From NCBI GenBank assembly GCA_000934665.2, contig KZ538097.1, positions 62,001-126,000 on the forward strand: DNA of 64,000 bases, read 5' to 3'. The position numbers and the translations under genes are program-made. Source of the DNA: Catajapyx aquilonaris (Eukaryota). Shown piece by piece: positions 55,561 to 64,000 of this stretch (position 1 is the stretch's first letter; every line of letters begins with the position of its first letter). Under the pieces are notes generated by a model that made no database searches, had not been told where the DNA came from, and saw only the letters and a list, made by a program, of their open reading frames with translations.

Positions 55561-58500
55561 GTAAGTATTTAATTTTTAAAAATGGAATCGAGCCAGTTCT
55601 CGAAACTGCTATTTTTGCATAATTGGATTGAAAAAATGCGTCGAAATGGCAGAGGCTTTGATACATTATTAGAGCGATACTAGAATTTTTAGCAACACAA
55701 CTGTGTAGGTGAACGCGTTTCAAAAAAGACTAAAAGAGCACCCTTTGGCATATAAACTTGTGATTATATGGATTTAGCAATTTGAAGTGAATAGCTGCAT
55801 TTAATAAAAATGTCCAAGTTACTCCAGATCAATAATGAATGCTACAAAATTAATAAACTTTCTAAGAACTTATAAGGTGCAGAGTTTAATATTAGCCAAC
55901 AAAACCTCGCCGTAATTAAATTACAAGGTATTAAATGTAATGGTGCTCGTGACACTTACCTTAACCCTCTCAAAAGCTGTTGCTATCATCAGCATTACAA
56001 AGTCATTTCGTCATCTATGCAAACAAGGAATGCACCAGGGAGCACATACGTTTTTATCGCACGATGTCAAGCAGGAATATTACAACAAAAAAAAGAGTGG
56101 CCAGACGGAAAATGTAGTCTAAGGACACTTCTCACAAGCCATTGAGCTACTTAATGATTTAAAGGACATTATGTCTAGCAGAAAGGAGGGAGGAGGCGGA
56201 AACGTTATTGCCAGTCGCCGAAAAGGGCCTCCGAAGTGCCCTTAAGCATCATAATCATCCTGCTCTTCTTGCAAACTCTCCTCGTCGACGGTGGAAAATG
56301 GACCGCTTTTTCCTCGGCTATTCCATTCAATGAAATCCTAACATCCCGGAGATGGATATCAGATAGCACAAAAAAGTAGCATGCTAGCATATAGCAGACA
56401 AGACGTTGTAAGGGGGGAACACACCGGATTTTCTCCTGGCAATCTGAAGCCCCTCGTGAATCTGGTTGGTGGTGCCTGGGGGAGAATGGGAGTAATGTTT
56501 GTAGGAGTGACATGTGCGGCAACATGGTTGTGTCAGTGACAAACGTTACGGCCTTGCTCCCTGCGGGCCATTACTCGGGATCAATCGCGGACGTTTGGCT
56601 CCGGACTCTCCTGTCCCACTTCTGCTTGCACGGCTGCTATTTGTGTCACTCGGCCCACTCCTACTTACGACAAGTTATCTAATCGGGACCCACAAGATCA
56701 CCCATCCGGAAGGGATGATCCAAATAGGATCTTCTCCGAGTCGCTGTGCTGGAATATGCTGGCATTCTCGATTGGGGAAGCCGAGCCACTGCCAAGTACA
56801 CAATCGTGAAAACATAATGTTGCCTTGCTGCTGGACGCTGATGGGACCACTGGAGCTAGAGACGAAAATGTAGCTTCGTAGATACTGTTCTGACTTGGTT
56901 TGGAGGAAGATGCTGGCCATGTGGCCACCCTGTACGTGGTCAGAGTATTGTCGACAGGATATGGTAGAGGCATAGGCATATAGGCTAATTATTATGTAAT
57001 GCGAGTAAGAGGAGACCCTGAAATATGCAGCAACACGCATGTGAATGCAGCAATGATGTCCTAAAGCAGGAAATGTGTATAGGTACCTTTAGAAGGACGG
57101 CGCATGGCATCAACCTACGGTATATACTGTATAGAGAGTGGCAATCCACCCTACTTGGTGGCAGGCTTTCAGCGGTGCTATACTAATTTGAAGTGTATTG
57201 AAGAGTATTGAGGATACGCCTCTGGGCGAAATACGTATATCTTTTGTTGTCTATTTGGGACGTAAAATTTGTTGAATAGCTAGTAATTATTATGTTACGG
57301 CGTGTTAACGGCCGCAGAGAGTTTGAAAAGCAATAAGGCTACTGTATACAGAGGGATGTAGAAGGTGCGTACATCCTCTCTCTTGCGACATTCGAAGACT
57401 AAATTACTGTGATTTCGGTTTTATTACGGATACCGTATGTTAATATTTTTTGCTATTCAAGGTTGCGACAGGGAATATCCTGATGCGTCTTAGGCGACCC
57501 ATGTATAGCACTGCTGTTTGCGGGAGGTGGAAAAAACGGCAGGATGAACTATGTTTTATATCTGTATGAGAACAAAGTCTCTGTAATTCACTCTAAATCG
57601 CAAAAATCATAATTTCATATTAGAATATCGCAATGAGGAAGTACTCACATTTTGCACCACTATTTATAATAAGCGCTTCACAAGAATACGGTTCACAATA
57701 TTGTTTCGATTGTTATATCCTACTGAATAAGGAATATTCTGCCGCACTCGAACATATCGCACAATATTCCGAAAAGCGTTTTAGTGTAATAAGTCCAGCT
57801 TGGAAGCATATAGGAACGAAAAGAAAATTAATTAGTTTCTACTCACGTGTTTCCTGTCGTCCTACTAAAGGTCCTGCCGCCTGTACTTTCACCTAATACT
57901 CCTGCTGGCACGTTGCTAAAATGTCCTGCTGAAAGGACGAGACCTGATTTCACAATCGATCATCAAGTACACCCTGAAAAGCAATTTCCCAAACTAAGCC
58001 CGCAGAGATAATGCAAACCTAAGTAAGCAATGAGTCTTGGACATCACCCCAGCAGATTGCATAATTATAAGAAACACTGTGAGTAGGTGCAAATGAGTCC
58101 TTTCGTTACCTTTCCATTTGAAGAACTCGAATTGAGTGACGGAAATGGGCCGAGTCAATAATCCGACTGCCTTTTGGAGTGTACCAGGATATTGCGATGT
58201 TTGAATATATAATTTCATACGCAGGCGACGCACGTGGTCCGTTTTGTATCAAATAGATCCGTTTTTAGACCCCTTTTTTATCAAACAAGGAGAAAGCTTA
58301 GAGAAGCATTCAGTGGATCACTCTGTCAAAAGCCTCGAAACAATGCGAATGGCGGTGTCTGTTCTGAACCGGGACACATGGCTGGAAATTTTTTGTTTCG
58401 ACGAAACAAACTCGATGCTGGCTAACAATATTTTTTAAATGCCAATCAGTTGCAATTTCCCCAGTTGGCGTAATCAGATTTCTATCCGCCTCTAAGGGCA

Positions 58501-61500
58501 TCGACAATGTTGGGGAATATCTTCCGAGTCCATCTGCATCGATCTCAAAAATTCAGCCGATGGAGATTACTCTGTGCTTTCTCTGCTTTTGGGATGATGA
58601 CGTTTTCAGTCCGAGTTATACCCGAGGAAAAAGTTTTGCCAAGGGAAAGAGCAGCTGATCAATAGAGAATCTTATCTGGGAACATTGCAGACTTCGGAAT
58701 AGGAGGAGGGAAAAGTAAAGCGTTTATAACGTGGAACACAATAGTTTTTTTTTAAAACTATTATATATAGTTCAACGTTTCCTTGATCAGATGGAGTAGT
58801 ATAAGGCTTCTAAAAGATTACAGTAGGAAAGCTCTGAAACTCAACGTTCAGACTCGGAACACGAAGGATCTAGCAGAAAATCTACCCGAAAGTACTGGCT
58901 GCCAAGGATCGAACATCGAACTGGATTACCCATGTAACCGGATGCATTTACCTGCCACTCGGCACATAATTTTAATGCACAGCTGTCATAAACCGCTTAG
59001 CGCAATTCGTAATCACATCGGTACTAACTGCAGCAGTATACTGCACACACTAAGCAGGTTATACTGTACAGTACAACATACAATACAACCCATGCTGATC
59101 CCGGTTTTTCCCCCCGGCAGAATTTATCAACCGCTGATAACCGGAACTCATTCTGCGAAAAATTTCACCCCGTCGCAATCTATACTGAACGGCTCATTAA
59201 GCCATGTAAAAATTTCCCTAATTCTTAATTAGTGCTGTAAGAACAGCGCCGAGTTTTAAATGTTGGGCAGGGAAAGACAAATAAAAAAAAATAGGGGAGA
59301 AATCCTGTAAGTGCGGCGTTGTTCCACCTCATTAACTATAGTTCCCAGGACCGGCTTAAAAACACTGGGAAGAGGGGCTTTTAGGAAGAGGGGCCGCCGC
59401 ATCAGAATGGCTCTTCCCCAATGAAAGCGCACAATCGATTACATTAGTCCGAATTACCGGAACAACTCCGGGTCCTTTCCTTTTCCCCGACCGAGTATGG
59501 GGTGTGTTGGAACCGGATTTTTTTTTGGATGTAAACACCACCGATCTTGTATACTTATTGTTATTTTTTGGGGGAGGCGGCGCGGCGCGCGGAACTTGAA
59601 AACAGGAAAATGTGGGTTAGTGACACATTTTCTATTGAGGTTAGGTTGCAACAAAAACGTGGATAAGTCACCACGATTCTTCCAGGTTGCCAGAGTCGAG
59701 AGAAACGAGTCGTGAATATATTTTCAACAATAAAAAACCGTATAGTGCATGCACAAAGAAAATGCTGAAAAAAAGGGGGTCGGAATTCCGTTTGATGTTT
59801 GTGTTTCAAAAATTCAGGGCTGGACTTTTCAGGGCATGATCTTTGCCGTTTGAGACTGAAAAAGTCAGTGGGAATAGAAAGAGGCACTTGTGACAGGCAG
59901 AGACATTGCGTGCTGCCAGGACATGGTGCCGCATATTGATTGAAGCCATTACCTATGCAAGTTCAAGGTGAGCCTGGCAAACAACAGAACGCACATTCTC
60001 TTCCGGAGTACCTTAGAACATGGCTTGTTCAAAATATATTAGTACTGGTGGCATATTGCACTGTTTTTTTTTATTTTAAAAAATGGGCGATCTGTCAGCC
60101 AATCCTATCGAAATGAAAATCAGGTGAGATAATAAGAGACGTTACACCTCTAGTCCCGGGGCCAGAACCGCACCTCATTTGACACTCGGATTTCATTCCG
60201 GTGTCTCATTACAGTGGGAGATCTGCATGGGAAATGGGGGTGTGTAGTCGCTACGTAAATTCCCCGCAGCCTATGGGGACTCCAGGGGTTGACATTCTGT
60301 TCCTCCTCCCCCCCCCCCCTCTCCAACCACTCTCTACACATTCCCCCCCTCAACCATCCACTGCCTGTGACATGGGTAACGACCATCGCACAGCATTTCA
60401 AACGCCTTATTTCGCTATTGCCTGCATGGTCCCCGAGTTTTAGTCGGGTCGATAGGGTGCAAAATGGGAGTTTGTGTGGGTGTGTAGATCTTGCTTTTAC
60501 TGGACCCCCCCTTGGTTGACCCCAGGATCAGCCATTTTGGAGAATGTAGGTGGATGCTGCCCTTTTCGCAAAAGAGCAATCGAATTTATATACAATCGTG
60601 CGTGGGACGGAGCTGCGGGAAGTTTTAAATGACATTACAAGATGCGTGGGTAGGTCAGGACGTCATACCGCCAACCAGACCACAAGGCACTATACGTCGA
60701 CCTTCCTCAAATCAGAAATTAGTTTCCATCATGATGTGTCGAAACCAAGTTTGAAAAACGATCTCGACTGAAAGTCTAGAAGTACATTGTTATCCGGGGG
60801 GGACCGGTTATATGGGGTTTCATTATGAACACAGCGGGTGTTTCAAAAGCGAGAGAGCAAAGAGTTTGTCAAGAAGAGCAGTCTTTGCCAGGGGGGGCTG
60901 AAATTGGCGAATCTGGGCGGGTTCATGAATCATTGGCGAGCCCTTTTGAACCGAGCTCAGCTTCCCAGAAAGGGACAGGTAATCGAATTAGAGCTGCTCT
61001 CACCACACACCACTCGGATGGAGTGAGAATTTCTGGTGGAAAACGCACGCCTAGAGTCTCCTTGTGTCTGTCCAGTTAGTAACTGATGGGACAAAAAGAG
61101 TGACGCTCTGTCTGACTAGGGTATGACTTGTTTCGCTTCTTAATCAGATCTGATTGTCAGATCAAGCTGAGGGTAAACAAAAGGACATGCTGAGGTGCGA
61201 CCTTCCACAACGCTTCCGCTTGCAACCACATTTTGGGATCACGATTTTTCTGAAAGGGATCCTTGCGAGAAAATTCGACCTGGGTTACACAGCGCTTTCT
61301 CAGCCGCGGTATAAAAAAAAAACGGCGAGGTTTCATCGGAGGTAGCCGTGACTAAATGCGATTAGCCCCCCAAGCCCGCTAAATACAATGGGTTTCTCAG
61401 AGAGCTTTCCTTGTTCGCCTGGCTTGTGCTGATGGAAGGGATTAGTAAGAGGAGGGGAAAAAAAGATGTGGAAAAAAGGGGGTCCACAAGCACCGTTACA

Positions 61501-61666
61501 TCACCGGAGCCACTTCCCATGCTGAAAACGGGAATGTGGTATATTTCTTCCGGTTGCTGCTTTTGGGTCAGTGTCCTGTAATATATTCTAATGCGGTTTT
61601 GTCACCTGTGTTTGGTCAGTGTCATGTCAGACCTTTATCCCACATATGATGATGCCTTGTTTTCAG

Positions 61667-61770
61667 GCCGTGGACTGGTGGAGTGTTGGAGTGCTCACTT
61701 ATGAGCTTTTGACGGGAGCATCGCCATTCACTGTAGAAGGCGAGAGGAACACGCAACAAGAGATATCCAG
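61667..61770 (+). CDS. RPS6KA5: MSK kinase exon: AVDWWSVGVLTYELLTGASPFTVEGERNTQQEIS(R)
   Basis: TTTTCAG| acceptor and CAG|GTGAGT donor; 104 nt, phase 0/2. DWWS motif plus the LTGASPFTV(D/E)GE signature that marks MSK rather than RSK or S6K. Confidence 0.98.
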
Positions 61771-62709
61771 GTGAGTCCATAAACTTCCAAATGAATGAAA
61801 CCACAATCAGAGCAATCCATGCTCGTAATAAATATGACATAAAGGTGCACTTATGGAGTGTGATATCAGTAACTACTCAAAATATTTGTATTCTACACCG
61901 AGCAACTTTTCTATGTACAGAATATAGGCTAAAAACTATTGGCTGATTGCGCAAGAAAATCAGATGAATTCCTGCTCGGATTTGACTAGAACCCTGCACA
62001 TTCATTTATAACCAGGTGCTTCACTATAATTCAAACTGTAGCTTGATGGTCATGCAGATTGCATACTCACTTCCATTGGCGTGAAGCTATGAAGCCACTC
62101 GTGGCTCTCGCTAATCTCGACAGTGAAGTGGCTATTGACAGTGCGCTGCAATAATGCTTCACTATAGAAATTGTGGAATTTTTTTGGAAGTGACAGCCCA
62201 TTAGTAAAGAAGTTTCTGTGGGGCTGCGGATTAAAATGACGTACTAGAACATGCGTGGGTTGGCCATGGTTTGCCGCGAAAAATCGGTCAGGCTTATTCG
62301 CAATATAAGACGGCATCGACAGAATTCTCTCTCGGCAGGCGCTTTGGAACCGCACAGATGGCTGCTTCCGTCTTTTCGCATTTGCATGTCTCCTCTCACT
62401 AGCTTTAGCGCTCAATCACATTTCCCTTCTCCCTTCCTTACCCCCAGAGTCGTCTCTTTCCCATGTTGCATTTCGCTAAGTGACTTTGTTGACTCCATTC
62501 CCCCCACGGCTCAGGATCTCTGGAACTTGGGGTGGAAAGGAAGCGGACGAAGAATGAAATCCGCATCATTAGGCAAAACCCTCCCCAATCTCCCGCCCTC
62601 ATCCCCGCCTGCCTCCTTTCCCCATCCTTCCCCTTCCTATATATTCTTTAGAGCATAAAAGCAAAGGGCACTGGGGCTTAGAAGTTGATGCTACTTGTGT
62701 ATTTTTCAG

Positions 62710-62860
62710 GAGGATCCTTAAGACCAACCCGCCCATCCCAGACGACCTCTCTCTGGAAGTGAGGGACTTTATAACCAAGCTCCTCATCAAGGACCCCCGA
62801 AAGAGGCTGGGAGGCGGACCTGAAGATGCGGAGGACCTCAAGGGCCACCCTTACTTCAAG
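62710..62860 (+). CDS. RPS6KA5: MSK kinase exon: RILKTNPPIPDDLSLEVRDFITKLLIKDPRKRLGGGPEDAEDLKGHPYFK (gene continues beyond window)
   Basis: TTTTTCAG| acceptor and AAG|GTATTG donor; 151 nt, phase 2/0. Subdomain XI (KDPRKRLG...HPYF). The linker and C-terminal kinase domain are not in the window. Confidence 0.97.
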
Positions 62861-63742
62861 GTATTGTATCCTACAGTACATGATCATAAACTCCACTAAT
62901 TGTGGAAAATTTAAAAAAAATAGAAGGCGAAGGACAGTCACTCCAAGTCGAAGGCTTGATGAACAATATTGATATAGAGTGTAGTCAAGTATAGCTCAAT
63001 CAGTCTCAAGTGAATTGCCTTAAGTATTGCCTATTAATGACCAGCAAGGCTTTTCTCTAGCTGTAGACATTCTTGGCAGCTACTGTGCCTCCCTCTATCT
63101 GCCTTTCAACAACAAAATTGACCATCAGTGCTATTGTACTGGTTAGTGACACATAAACATGGTAAGAATTGCGCATTTTTTTGCAGCTTGTTAAAGAGAG
63201 TTGTCAGTAACTGCCATATAATAGGCAGGTGTATGGCTATTCTAAGACCAAAATACATTACATAATTTTTGGATGAGAGGCATCATTATGTCATGCATTA
63301 GACACTGAGGTCAGGTTATGACATTATGTGACCTGCAGATAATATCCTGCTGGTTATACCATACATTTGCCATCCATGGTTAAAGAGTGATTAAACTATC
63401 AGAATATCCACAATAAATTAATTGGAGAGGGCAGCACCGCAGCAGATATTCGGTGCTGCTGTACCTGTAATACTGTGTGTTGAGCATTTTGTCCAGGAAT
63501 AGAGCTACCTGTGAGAGTTACTGACCACCCTATACACTGTGCCTTTGGGACACCTTATCATGGTCCTCTGCAATGTTATACAGTAGATCCTGCCTGTAAT
63601 TCGCCATGGATTCAGTGGATTTGTTCATTACTGAATTTTTGTTTGGTCCCATTGCATGATTTTTGCTGCATAATCTGTCAGTTACATAGTAGGCTACATT
63701 ATAAACGTATACAAGAGCTATTAACTCTTGACGTAATTTATA

Positions 63743-63952
63743 CAGGGTGTCTCAACTTTTTTGTCCGAACAATTATCGGAAATATTGCACTAAGCGGCTT
63801 ATTTTTTAGCAGTGACTTGCAACCAGTGATGCTTCCCTGGTTTTATCAGTTGAGGGATGTGCCAGGAATGTTGGGGCATATTCTGGCTACATAGCTAGAA
63901 GATACATAGGCTTTTCCGATAACTGTTCGGACAAAAAAGTTGAGACACCCTG
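63743..63952. mobile_element. Tc1/mariner-type MITE, 210 bp, with TA target-site duplication
   Basis: 40-bp terminal inverted repeats starting CAGGGTGTCTCAACTTTTTTGTCCGAACA, one mismatch. TA on both sides (63741-63742 and 63953-63954). No coding capacity. Confidence 0.93.
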
Positions 63953-64000
63953 TATAGTGAACTCCAGGGGACCAGAGGGTCACTTTGTGCTGAGGTGTGA

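Overview
Eukaryotic (metazoan, probably arthropod; the taxon is an inference from the protein) genomic window, mostly intronic. It contains the 5' part of a plus-strand MSK-family kinase gene (RPS6KA5/RPS6KA4/JIL-1-like). Seven confidently spliced exons (20149-62860) encode the complete N-terminal AGC kinase domain. A likely first coding exon at 14345-14474 adds an acidic N-terminus. Spliced by hand, the eight exons give 984 nt / 328 aa with no stop, and the gene continues past the window end. Nearly all ORFs in the supplied track look spurious. The non-coding DNA holds a ~540 bp imperfect foldback palindrome, a young Tc1/mariner-type MITE, older DNA-transposon and SINE remnants, microsatellites, one assembly gap and many long G/C homopolymer runs. 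The best novelty candidates are a hand-folded multi-helix RNA-like element in intron 1 (15198-15408), a cluster of RGGTCA nuclear-receptor half-sites around it, the foldback, a pre-miRNA-like intronic hairpin and a degron-like motif in the N-terminus. None of these was verified computationally, and I cannot claim a proven new system.
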